Source: Elusimicrobiota bacterium (lineage in GTDB: Bacteria > Elusimicrobiota > Elusimicrobia > Elusimicrobiales > UBA9959). From it: DNA of 64,000 nt. The stretch lies in NCBI GenBank assembly GCA_012517285.1, contig JAAYVG010000029.1, positions 2 to 64,001 of the forward strand, in the 5' to 3' direction. Below the pieces are notes generated by a model, which saw only the letters and a list, made by a program, of their open reading frames with translations, did no database searches and was not told the origin of the DNA. A program made the position numbers and the translations under genes. Shown here piece by piece: positions 9,357 through 18,359 of the stretch. The first letter of the stretch is position 1. Each line of letters starts with the position of its first letter.

Positions 9357-10295
9357 TCAATGAATTCTGATTTCTTTTATTCTGATCTGATCATAATATT
9401 TTTTAATATCATTCTTACTGATAATTCCTGCACCTAACGTCTTACAATCAGATGATGCAAACGCTGTTGCAGTTGAAAGAGCTTTTTTAAAATTATAATT
9501 ATTAATCTGAGAATAAATAAACCCTGCCATAAATGAATCACCAGCTCCAACGCCTGAAACAAAATCATCTATTTTTGGTGGTAAAACCTCATAAAAGCAG
9601 TTATCATTTATTGCAAGAGATGGCTCCGGGCCATTTGTAACTATTAGTGTTTCAAGACCATTTTTTTTATATTTTATAAAAATCTTTTTTATGCTATCCT
9701 CTGAAATTTTCATCCCTGAGAAATCATAAAACTCCTTTGCATTTATTTTTACACAGTTAACGCCAGCTTCAAGGCAGGTTTTAAGTGACTCATCAGTGAG
9801 ATCAACAAATATCTTTTTATTATTTTTTTTAACCTCTGATATCAGTTTTCTGTAGAACTCTCCTTTTATGTTATATGGAGTCCTTCCAGAAATTGAAACG
9901 AGATCAGCTTTTTCTATAGTTTTTTTAAAAGCATCAAAAAATTTATTCTGAGAAGACCTGCTGATATATGCTCCCTCTTCATTTAAGTCAGTTGAAACAC
10001 CATTTTTATCTATAACACTAACACAGGTTCTGCTCTCATAATCATTCTGGTAAACAATTTTGCTTTTTAAACCTTCTTTTTTAATCAAACTCATAATAAA
10101 CCTTCCGCTATATCCCGAGCAGAATCCCATAAGCAAATAATCATCCATAAAAGACTTCAATGCTCTTGCAACATTAACACCCTTTCCACCAGCCAATACA
10201 AGATCAGGATTTTTTCTCGCAGTCATTCCATTAGTAAAATTAGGGATATAAAGCGTTTTATCAATTGCCATATTAAGATTTATTATAACTACCAT
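9357..10295 (-). CDS. PfkB-family sugar kinase (1-phosphofructokinase / tagatose-6-phosphate kinase-like)
   Basis: GGKGVNVARAL and GAGDSFMAGF motifs. Start chosen at M7 (MVVIINLNMAIDKT aligns with the usual N-terminus). Start is uncertain (10271, 10295 or 10313). Confidence 0.8.
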   Translation of the reverse strand: MVVIINLNMAIDKTLYIPNFTNGMTARKNPDLVLAGGKGVNVARALKSFMDDYLLMGFCSGYSGRFIMSLIKKEGLKSKIVYQNDYESRTCVSVIDKNGVSTDLNEEGAYISRSSQNKFFDAFKKTIEKADLVSISGRTPYNIKGEFYRKLISEVKKNNKKIFVDLTDESLKTCLEAGVNCVKINAKEFYDFSGMKISEDSIKKIFIKYKKNGLETLIVTNGPEPSLAINDNCFYEVLPPKIDDFVSGVGAGDSFMAGFIYSQINNYNFKKALSTATAFASSDCKTLGAGIISKNDIKKYYDQIRIKEIRIH

Positions 10296-10389
10296 AATAA
10301 AATAATTTACCATTTTTATATATTACTAAACAAATTAAAGAATTATCTAATCTCATTGTCTTTATTATTTTTTTTTGTATTATATTATT

Positions 10390-10749
10390 ATGGCAAAATA
10401 TAAATTATGTCTTGTAACAACTGATAACCCGGAGATAGCTCATAAAATAGCCAGAACTCTGGTAGAGGAGAGATTAGCGGCCTGCGTTAATATTATACCC
10501 AATCTTACATCCTTTTATAGATGGGATGATATGGTTAAAAAGACTCAGGAAGTTATGCTTATAATAAAAACAAAGAATGTTTTGGTAAAAGACATCATAG
10601 CAGCTGTTAAAAAGGTCCACAACTATTCTACACCTGAAATAGTATTTGCGGATATAACCGATGGTGATCCTGCCTATTTTGACTGGATTGGTGCTAATAC
10701 ACTCTTTACGAGCAATATAGCTAAGGATAGGGAAGAAAACAAACAATGA
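10390..10749 (+). CDS. cutA: Divalent-cation tolerance protein CutA
   Basis: About 119 aa with a CutA1-like sequence (LAACVNI, YRW, STPEI). ATG at 10390 lies inside the TTG-started track ORF. Confidence 0.85.
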   Translation: MAKYKLCLVTTDNPEIAHKIARTLVEERLAACVNIIPNLTSFYRWDDMVKKTQEVMLIIKTKNVLVKDIIAAVKKVHNYSTPEIVFADITDGDPAYFDWIGANTLFTSNIAKDREENKQ

Positions 10750-11009
10750 AAACTGTTTTACATATACTTGTTGTAATAGTTACTGGGACTCTTTTTGGTA
10801 TGGTTATAAACAAGCTTGGGGCTATATGGTTTCCACAGACTGGAAATGTTCACTCAGTAATTTCGACGGCAATAAACACAGGTTTAAATCCTACCACAGT
10901 TGATTTGGGTGTCGTTCAATTTACCTTGGGGCTTATCTTTAAATTTGATACAGCAACAGTGTTGGGAATATTCATAGCAGCATTTGTTTACAAACAGCTT
11001 ATAAAATGA
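10746..11009 (+). CDS. Small membrane protein (DUF4321-like)
   Basis: 87 aa with two hydrophobic segments. Overlaps the cutA stop and the maf start by 4 nt each. The family name is from memory only. Confidence 0.5.
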   Translation: MKTVLHILVVIVTGTLFGMVINKLGAIWFPQTGNVHSVISTAINTGLNPTTVDLGVVQFTLGLIFKFDTATVLGIFIAAFVYKQLIK

Positions 11010-11596
11010 TATTCATCCTTGCATCTAAATCTCCGAGAAGAATAAAACTTTTGAAAGAAAACGGTTATAAATTTAAGATTATTCCATCAAACATAGCAGA
11101 AAAATCCGATTATAAAAGGCCTGATCTCCTTGTAAAGGATTTGGCATATAGGAAAGCACTTCAAGTTGCTCAGAAATATCCTTCATCAGTAATTCTTGCA
11201 GCAGATACAATAGTTTATTGCTGCAAAAAGATAATTGGTAAGCCCAAAAATTCAGATGATGCTTTAAGACTTTTAAGGCTTCAATCAGGAAGGTGGCAGT
11301 CAGTTTATACAGGAGTTGCTCTTATTTGTCTCAAAAAAAATATTTTTCTGTGTGATTATGAAAAATCTCGATGCTATATGAAAAAGATGACCACAGAAAG
11401 GCTTAAGGATATAGCATCAAAGCATTTGGACAAAGCAGGTGGATGGGCTGTTCAAGACAGAAATGATTACCTTATAACAAAAATAAAAGGCAGATATGAC
11501 AATATCGTTGGCCTTCCTATGAACCTTGTAAACAAGTTTTTTAAAGAATTTCAAAAGCTGAGAACAGATGACAGAATTAATGGAACTGTTAAATAG
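11006..11596 (+). CDS. maf: Maf-like nucleoside triphosphate pyrophosphatase
   Basis: ILASKSPRR N-terminus and conserved Maf core. The present stop TAG is formed by TA plus the first G of the adjoining element. Confidence 0.9.
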   Translation: MIFILASKSPRRIKLLKENGYKFKIIPSNIAEKSDYKRPDLLVKDLAYRKALQVAQKYPSSVILAADTIVYCCKKIIGKPKNSDDALRLLRLQSGRWQSVYTGVALICLKKNIFLCDYEKSRCYMKKMTTERLKDIASKHLDKAGGWAVQDRNDYLITKIKGRYDNIVGLPMNLVNKFFKEFQKLRTDDRINGTVK

Positions 11597-11869
11597 GGTT
11601 CACTGAAAAAGTATATTTGAGCAATAAAGCAATGATTTTCGTTATGAGGCGAAAAGACGAGCGAGCATACTACAAAGTAGTCTGTAAGCGAGTTCTGACG
11701 AAGCCGTAGTAGAAAAGCATTATCTTTATTGCCAAAAGAAAGACAAAAAAGTGCAAGGTTTTTGCAACATTACACTAAAAATCGTGCACTTTCAAAGCAA
11801 TAATCTACTATAATCAAGACAATTATTCATTGGAAAAATCATCTTTCGTTAGACTTTTTCAGTGAACCC
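11596..11869 (+). mobile_element. 274-bp miniature TIR element (family M2), TA-flanked
   Basis: Terminal inverted repeats GGGTTCACTGAAAAAG / CTTTTTCAGTGAACCC. TA on both sides (11594-95, 11870-71). A near-identical inverted copy is at 43861-44134. No ORF. Confidence 0.8.
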
Positions 11870-11898
11870 TAAATAATATAATTTGTTATAATTTGATT

Positions 11899-12771
11899 AT
11901 GATTAAAAAAATAGTTTTTTTATTGCCTCTTTTAGTTATTTATAGCTGTTCAATAAATCTTAAAAAGGTATCAGATGATTCAAATATTCAAAAAGCACTT
12001 TTAAACATAAAGATCTCAGATAAGGAATATCTGTTAAGTTTCCTTTCAAAGTATCCTGCTGTAATTTCCTACAATCCTAACAGAGATGCTAACTGTATAA
12101 AAATTATTAAAAGAAATACAAACATTATAATGATACCATTAAAATATACTGATTCTCCAGAAATGACAGAAATTTCCATTATAAAGGGATTATATATATA
12201 TAACATTATGCAAAAATATAATCTTAACGATTATTTTTATGAGTTAGAGCAGCTATCAGAATATTCAAAGATGGAGTATCTTTTATCATACATCCCTACT
12301 GAAAAAATTAATAATGATGAACTATTAAAAAAAGAAATTTTACCAAAACTTTGTGGATATATGACATCACCGCAGGAGTTTGATAATATAATAGATGAGG
12401 AGACATCAAGACAGGATATCTCTTGCGGCTATCCGGTTGAAAAATTAGAAGCACTTAAAAATTATTATGCAAAACTTAAAGCATCTCTTTCATCTATAGA
12501 CTCTGATGAATATTTTAATCTATATTATGAAAAAGAAATGGAGAGGGTAAGAAGAGGAGAAATCACAAGGGAAGAGGCGGAAAAAAATTATTATTATATT
12601 TTTTCCGAACCACAACAAAACCTTTATAGAATACAAAGAAAAGAAACATATGAAAACATATATTCGCTTAGCAAATTTGAGTCATTTTATAAGAAAGAAA
12701 TAAAAAGATTAAGAGAAAATCGTAACAAATATAACGATTTTATAAGATACTTCCCCGATTGTGCAAAGTAA
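11899..12771 (+). CDS. Putative lipoprotein, function unknown
   Basis: Signal peptide with a lipobox-like LVIYSC. No recognisable catalytic motif. Confidence 0.55.
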   Translation: MIKKIVFLLPLLVIYSCSINLKKVSDDSNIQKALLNIKISDKEYLLSFLSKYPAVISYNPNRDANCIKIIKRNTNIIMIPLKYTDSPEMTEISIIKGLYIYNIMQKYNLNDYFYELEQLSEYSKMEYLLSYIPTEKINNDELLKKEILPKLCGYMTSPQEFDNIIDEETSRQDISCGYPVEKLEALKNYYAKLKASLSSIDSDEYFNLYYEKEMERVRRGEITREEAEKNYYYIFSEPQQNLYRIQRKETYENIYSLSKFESFYKKEIKRLRENRNKYNDFIRYFPDCAK

Positions 12772-12791
12772 TTTTATTGTAAAATATACTT

Positions 12792-13199
12792 ATGAAAGTA
12801 TTTTCAGTAAAAAAAATATTTGAAATAGCCTATGCTCACAGACTTTTAAACTATAATGGGAAGTGTGAAAACCTTCATGGCCATAACGGTAAAATAGAAA
12901 TAATGGTAGCAAGTGAAGTCCTTAACAATCAGGACATGGTAATGGACTTTACATATATAAACAGTGTTGTAAAAAAATGGCTGGATGAAAATTTAGATCA
13001 CAGGGTTATACTACATAAAAATGATCCACTTGTAAAGCCTCTTCAGGAACACTCACAAAAGCTTTTTCTCACTTCATCAAACCCTACAGCAGAGATTATA
13101 GCAGGAGTTATAAAAGAAGAGATAAGAAAATTAGGAATAGATGTTAACTCTGTAAAATTCTGGGAGACAGACACATCAGTTGCAGAGGTCAAGGAGTAA
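12792..13199 (+). CDS. queD: 6-carboxy-5,6,7,8-tetrahydropterin synthase / 6-pyruvoyl-tetrahydropterin synthase family
   Basis: 135 aa with [15 protein letters not shown] zinc-binding motif, typical of QueD/PTPS. Confidence 0.85.
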   Translation: MKVFSVKKIFEIAYAHRLLNYNGKCENLHGHNGKIEIMVASEVLNNQDMVMDFTYINSVVKKWLDENLDHRVILHKNDPLVKPLQEHSQKLFLTSSNPTAEIIAGVIKEEIRKLGIDVNSVKFWETDTSVAEVKE

Positions 13200-13203
13200 A
13201 TCT

Positions 13204-14151
13204 ATGCAAGAAGAAAAAATATATGATGTTTTAATAATAGGTGCTGGACCTGCTGGGCTAACAGCGGCTATATATGCTCAAAGGTTTGGTCTTAGCACGA
13301 TAATAATTGCTGGCTCAGCACCTGGTGGTCAGCTACTGCTAACAACCGATATAGAAAACTTTCCAGGATTTGATGAACCAATTAGCGGATATGATCTGAT
13401 GAATAGAATGATGAATCAGGCTAAAAAAATGGGTGCCGTGATTGTAACTGATTGGGCAAATGAGATAAGAACGGATGTAAATCCTTTCAATGTTATTTCA
13501 GGTGAAAAGACATATACAGCAAGTTCGGTAATAATCGCAACAGGTGCAAACGCTAAATGGCTTGGTGTAAAAGGGGAAGCAAAGTTTAAGGGCAAAGGGG
13601 TTTCAGCTTGTGCAACATGTGACGGTTTTTTTTATAAAGGGAAGGACATATGCGTTGTCGGTGGCGGAGATACTGCTGTTGAAGAGGCTTTGTTCTTAAC
13701 AAAATTTGCAAACAAGGTTTATATAATACACAGAAGGGATAAACTTAGAGCAAGCTATGTTATGCAGGAAAAGCTAAAATCAAACCCTAAGATAGAAATA
13801 ATATATGATACTGTTGTTGATGAAATAATTGGAGATACAAAGGTTAACGGGGTTATACTAAAAAACAATAAAACAGGAGAAACAAAAAAAATAGATTTAA
13901 GTGGCGTCTTTATAGCAATAGGGCATCATCCAAACACTGATATTTTTAAGGGTAAAATAAAAATGGATGACAGTGGCTATATAATAATTGATAAGAATTA
14001 CAAAACATCAGTATGCGGGATTTTTGCCTGCGGCGATGCTGCTGATCCAATTTATCAACAGGCAGTTGTAGCTGCTGGGAGCGGATGTATAGCAGCAATA
14101 AATGCTAAAAATTTTTTAGAAAATTTAAATAACTCTTTTGTAAAACATTAA
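13204..14151 (+). CDS. trxB: Thioredoxin-disulfide reductase
   Basis: GAGPAG FAD motif, redox-active [21 protein letters not shown] motif. ATG at 13204. Confidence 0.9.
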   Translation: MQEEKIYDVLIIGAGPAGLTAAIYAQRFGLSTIIIAGSAPGGQLLLTTDIENFPGFDEPISGYDLMNRMMNQAKKMGAVIVTDWANEIRTDVNPFNVISGEKTYTASSVIIATGANAKWLGVKGEAKFKGKGVSACATCDGFFYKGKDICVVGGGDTAVEEALFLTKFANKVYIIHRRDKLRASYVMQEKLKSNPKIEIIYDTVVDEIIGDTKVNGVILKNNKTGETKKIDLSGVFIAIGHHPNTDIFKGKIKMDDSGYIIIDKNYKTSVCGIFACGDAADPIYQQAVVAAGSGCIAAINAKNFLENLNNSFVKH

Positions 14152-14208
14152 AAAATTATAAAATATATATATCGATGTAGTTTGTATATGTTTTTCTTTA
14201 CATAAGTT

Positions 14209-14280
14209 GCCCCCATAGCTTAATGGATAAAGCAACTGCCTTCTAAGCAGTTGATCCAGGTTCGATTCCTGGTGGGGGTA
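14209..14280 (+). tRNA. tRNA-Arg (anticodon TCT)
   Basis: Hand-folded cloverleaf: acceptor GCCCCCA/TGGGGGT, D arm GCTT/AAGC, anticodon stem ACTGC/GCAGT with loop CTTCTAA, T arm CCAGG-TTCGATT-CCTGG. No encoded CCA. Confidence 0.85.
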
Positions 14281-14382
14281 TGAATATACCCACACAGCAA
14301 GACTTACAAAATCTTGATTTTTTATTTTTTTAAAAATTATATTAAAATATTTATTATATAATAGATAAATGGAGCTTTAAAT

Positions 14383-15612
14383 ATGGACAACAATTACATA
14401 CAGGGTGATATATTTAATTACACAGAAGAAAAAAAAGAAAAAGAGCCAGAACACTTTGAAACAAGATCAAAAAAGGATTTTTATTTCTCCTATTCAAAAT
14501 TTTCACTCTACTCAGAATGTCCCTTAAAGTATAGATTTAAATACATAGATAAGATACCTGAAAAACCGAAAGCATTTTTTTATTTAGGAAGAGTAGTTCA
14601 TTCTGTACTTGAATTTTTTTATTCAAGGGTTCCACCACCTGATATCACCGAGCTGATAAATTACTTAAAAACTGAGTGGGAAAGAATACCATTTGATCAA
14701 AGGGGATATGCAACCAAGGAAGCTGAGAATCTTGATATAAACAAGACAATTAATATAATAAAAAACTTTTATATAAAGCACAAGGATAATGATAAAATAC
14801 CATTTCTTCTTGAGTATAAAACATTTGTTCCTATAGATAATATAGTTGCTAATATTATAGCTGATAAAATAGAATACGAGGGCAACGGGAAAATATCAAT
14901 AGTTGATTATAAAACAGGTAGAGAAGGAAACAGGAACAATGATCAACTTTATTTTTATCAGAAGATCTCTGAGATAGATCCCCAGATGATTGAGAAAATC
15001 AATAAAAAATATAATGAAAATGTAAAAAGAGTTGAAGTAAATAAAATGGTATATTATTATGTTGAAAAATTGAAAACTGTTGAATTTTCAAGAGCAAATG
15101 ACACTGAAATAGAAAGATTCTGGGAAAGGGTTTTAATGACAGTAGAAAACATTCAATCAAAGAAATTTGAACCAAAGCCTACCGAAAAAAGCTGTTCATG
15201 GTGTGATTATAAACAGGTATGTCCTGTTTATAACGATAAAAAAACTAACTCATTGAGCGAGCTTACAACAGAATTCATAAAACTTAAAAATAATATAGAA
15301 GAGCTTGAAGACAAAAAGAAAAAAATAGAGAAAGAAATTATTTCAATGATGGGCGAAAATAATGAGTTGTATGACACATCGCTGAATCTTAAATTTGAAA
15401 AAAATATGAAGTATGAATTTAAAAGCACTGATGAACTTGTAGAAATATTAAAAGCTAACGATTTATATGAGAAAGTTTCAAGACCAACTGTGAGAGCAGT
15501 GTTGGAACTATTAAAAAGTGATGAGATCAATAGTCAGATAAAAGATAAAATAAAAAAACTATCGAACATATCCTATCAGATAGTTGTAAAGGAAGAAAAG
15601 CAGAAAGAATAA
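14383..15612 (+). CDS. PD-(D/E)XK nuclease, RecB/Cas4-like, with C-terminal Cys cluster and coiled-coil tail
   Basis: IVDYKTG and QLYFY motifs of RecB-family nucleases. N-terminal Cys (SECP) plus CSWCDYKQVCP, typical of Cas4/AddB Fe-S nucleases. K/E-rich helical C-terminal ~120 aa. Confidence 0.75.
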   Translation: MDNNYIQGDIFNYTEEKKEKEPEHFETRSKKDFYFSYSKFSLYSECPLKYRFKYIDKIPEKPKAFFYLGRVVHSVLEFFYSRVPPPDITELINYLKTEWERIPFDQRGYATKEAENLDINKTINIIKNFYIKHKDNDKIPFLLEYKTFVPIDNIVANIIADKIEYEGNGKISIVDYKTGREGNRNNDQLYFYQKISEIDPQMIEKINKKYNENVKRVEVNKMVYYYVEKLKTVEFSRANDTEIERFWERVLMTVENIQSKKFEPKPTEKSCSWCDYKQVCPVYNDKKTNSLSELTTEFIKLKNNIEELEDKKKKIEKEIISMMGENNELYDTSLNLKFEKNMKYEFKSTDELVEILKANDLYEKVSRPTVRAVLELLKSDEINSQIKDKIKKLSNISYQIVVKEEKQKE

Positions 15613-15796
15613 TTAGTTGTCTGGTTATCTGGTGGTTTAGTTGTTTAGAAAGAGCTATCCTTCTACCAATACCCCAATTATTAATCATCTACTTCTCCAT
15701 TTTTATAGGTCCTTTATCCTATATACAAACAAGTCCAATATCTCTTGTTTATTATAATTTATTGTTTTATAATTTATTTATATTAGGAGGAGTAGT

Positions 15797-16279
15797 ATGA
15801 AAAAGTTTTTATCAGTTTTTATTTCTTTATCGGTTCTTTTTATGTATTTAGATCTTTCATTTGCAAATGAGGCTTTGAAACAGGCTGATCTGGCCACAGA
15901 TAATGCCTCTTTAGCCTTTGATGGGGCTCCTCAATTAAAAACCAATATTCCTGTGCCAACACCACAGATAGATAGTTCTAATAATACCACAACAAATTCA
16001 GCAGCACCAGTTAATACCGTAAATGCGAAGCCGGCACCTAAGCCATCTCTTACTATATCAAAAAGCACTGATACTCCAAAAGAATTAACGTTTGGAGAGA
16101 AGGTATTAAAGGATATGAAAACAAACAAAACAAACTATATCACAGTAGGTCTTGCGGCAGGGCTTTTAGGATTTATTTTGGGTGGGCCTTTGGGAGCTGT
16201 GATTGGTATTGCTGCTATGACCAGCTTTGTTGTAGTTCAAAGGATAAAATACATAGACTCTACATATAAAGCAGAATAA
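15797..16279 (+). CDS. Secreted or membrane hypothetical protein with C-terminal glycine-zipper TM
   Basis: RBS AGGAGG upstream, signal peptide, low-complexity middle, GLAAGLLGFILGGPLGAVIGIAA segment. Confidence 0.55.
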   Translation: MKKFLSVFISLSVLFMYLDLSFANEALKQADLATDNASLAFDGAPQLKTNIPVPTPQIDSSNNTTTNSAAPVNTVNAKPAPKPSLTISKSTDTPKELTFGEKVLKDMKTNKTNYITVGLAAGLLGFILGGPLGAVIGIAAMTSFVVVQRIKYIDSTYKAE

Positions 16280-16282
16280 CAA

Positions 16283-17674
16283 TTAGATTTTTTCCACAGT
16301 ATAGATATAAATTTCAGTATCAGGAGCATTTATGTTTTCAAAACCGATTCCTGATTTATCATCGAAAAGTGACCTCAAAAAATCCTCTTTATTTGAAAAG
16401 TTTTCCCATACCTGAGGGAGATATGTTCCACTTAAAAATCCCTTCTTCACAAAAACACCATGAACATTTTCTTTTATCTCGGATATGTTATTTATTTTTT
16501 TAAGTGGCGAAAGTATGGAAATTTCTATGTCTATTTTTTTCAGCTCACCTTCTGTAAGTGGATCAAACCTTGGATCCTCAAAAGCAGCTCTTACAGAATA
16601 ATCTATGACAGCATCGCCAAGAAGCATATGAGGAGCAAGGCATCCTATGCATCCCCTAAGCTCTTTATCAATAGTTAAAGTAACAAAAACAGCAGCAGGC
16701 AGATTTAACTTTGGATACTGGAAATAATCTATTTTTAAAAAATTGCCTGTTTTAAGATAATTCTCTATTGATTTTTTTGAAAGTGCAAGAAGATACTGCT
16801 TCTCTTTTTCATCAAGATTTAATCTAAAATCCTTTCTATTAGATTTTACAAACATGCCACTCAAATATCCAACAACCTCTTCCCTTGCCTCAGTCACGTC
16901 GCCAGAGTTTGTATACTCCATTATTTCAAATTCATTGCAGTCCATAAAATAAGCAACGCCAAGCCCTACAACCATAGGAGAAAATCCACAGGCAACAGTG
17001 TCAAGCAATTTTCTGTATTTCTGGGAAAGAAGATCCTTTGTAAGATAAAAATAATCAACATTCTTATTAGCAATTGCTGCATCATAAGAAAGACCAATAG
17101 CATTATCAGAAATATAAGCTATTTCATATGGTGGGTAATGCGAAAGATCACTTGATATTACAAGAGCAATTTTTTTATTCTTTTTCATCAGATCAGCAAT
17201 CTTTTTTGCTGCTGATAACAAAACACTCTTATCCTCAGAATTTGATACAATTGGCACCAGCTTGAAATCTTTTTTAAGAAACTGTAAGAATGGGAGCTGA
17301 ACCTCCACAGAATGCTCAGATAAATGAGCCTTGGGGTTATTTTCAAAGCCTTCGTCCTCAAGAAGAATGTCAATAACCTCGTCATCAGTTTTAACATCCC
17401 CTAAACAGTTTGAAAACACACAGTCCCTTAAAGTGGCACACCTCTTTAAATACATAGTATGAGCTGTCCCTATCACTATTACAGTTTCAAAGTCATTGAT
17501 CAAATGTGAAAAACTCTTTGCAGCAGTTCTCCCGCTGTAAACATATCCAGCATGTGGTGTAAGAATTATCCTACTCTTTCTTTCTCCATTTTCAAAAGAA
17601 GAAGAAAGAAAATACATTAATTCCTTTTTATTATCAGGGTAAAACTTACCCTCTACTATTGCTTTTCTTATCAT
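16283..17674 (-). CDS. Fusion of AmmeMemoRadiSam system protein B (MEMO1-like) and protein A (AMMECR1-like)
   Basis: N-terminal half has GKFYP...PHAGYVYSG (MEMO). C-terminal half has the LRGCIG motif and PRF (AMMECR1). Confidence 0.85.
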   Translation of the reverse strand: MIRKAIVEGKFYPDNKKELMYFLSSSFENGERKSRIILTPHAGYVYSGRTAAKSFSHLINDFETVIVIGTAHTMYLKRCATLRDCVFSNCLGDVKTDDEVIDILLEDEGFENNPKAHLSEHSVEVQLPFLQFLKKDFKLVPIVSNSEDKSVLLSAAKKIADLMKKNKKIALVISSDLSHYPPYEIAYISDNAIGLSYDAAIANKNVDYFYLTKDLLSQKYRKLLDTVACGFSPMVVGLGVAYFMDCNEFEIMEYTNSGDVTEAREEVVGYLSGMFVKSNRKDFRLNLDEKEKQYLLALSKKSIENYLKTGNFLKIDYFQYPKLNLPAAVFVTLTIDKELRGCIGCLAPHMLLGDAVIDYSVRAAFEDPRFDPLTEGELKKIDIEISILSPLKKINNISEIKENVHGVFVKKGFLSGTYLPQVWENFSNKEDFLRSLFDDKSGIGFENINAPDTEIYIYTVEKI

Positions 17675-17767
17675 AAAACTATTTTACAATTTTTAATCAT
17701 CAGGATGTAAACAGATAGAAATCAAATGAAGACAGATTAAGTCAAGATAAAAACAGACAAATTGGTT

Positions 17768-17857
17768 ATTTAATCATCGAGATAAAAACAGATAAAAATC
17801 AAATGAAGACAGACAAATTAGTTATTTGGTCATTTGGTTGTTTAGTTATTTAGGAAG
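17768..17857. repeat. ~90-bp direct repeat, copy 1
   Basis: TTTAATCATCGAGATAAAAACAGATAAAAATCAAATGAAGACAGACAAATTAGTTATTTGGTCATTTGGTTGTTTAGTTATTTAGGAAG is repeated essentially identically at 18271-18359. Confidence 0.85.
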
Positions 17858-17956
17858 AAAGGGAAAATTAGTTATTTAGTCATCTCGTTATTTGGTTATT
17901 TAGCAAGAACAAATTCGTTGTTTAGAAAAACAATTTTATTATTTATTGTCTGATAT

Positions 17957-18102
17957 AAAAAATCGACAAAAAAAAGACGATCGTCTCAAAAATGTAAATT
18001 TTTAGTTTAAAATTAGTGTTAAAACTAAGTTTTCTCCTATGGGAATGTGTATATTTAAAAATCGACAAAAAAAAGACGATCGTCTTTTTTTTGTCGATTT
18101 TT
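17957..18102. repeat. Composite element: half palindrome, ~70-nt spacer, full 46-bp palindrome (family F)
   Basis: Aligns at roughly 90% by eye with 55929-56073 in the same orientation, including the spacer AAAAATGTAAATTTTTAGTTTAAAATTAGT.TTAAAA.TAAGTTTT. Confidence 0.8.
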
Positions 18103-18270
18103 GAAAAAAACTTAATGGAATTTGTTAACAATAATTAGAGCATACTCTAAAAGTTATCTGGTTGTTTAATCATCAGTATGTAATCATCAAGATAAAGACG
18201 GACTAATTAGTTATTTAGTTGTCTGGTTGTTTGGTTATTTAGGAAGAAAAAGAGGATAGTTGTCTGATTG

Positions 18271-18359
18271 TTTAATCATCGAGATAAAAACAGATAAAAA
18301 TCAAATGAAGACAGACAAATTAGTTATTTGGTCATTTGGTTGTTTAGTTATTTAGGAAG
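18271..18359. repeat. ~90-bp direct repeat, copy 2
   Basis: See 17768-17857. The two copies bracket the family F composite element just upstream of tRNA-His. Confidence 0.85.

Noticed and set aside
17943-18131. 62-aa ORF across the palindrome composite element
   Set aside because: It spans a perfect palindrome and A/T runs and has no RBS. This is repeat DNA.
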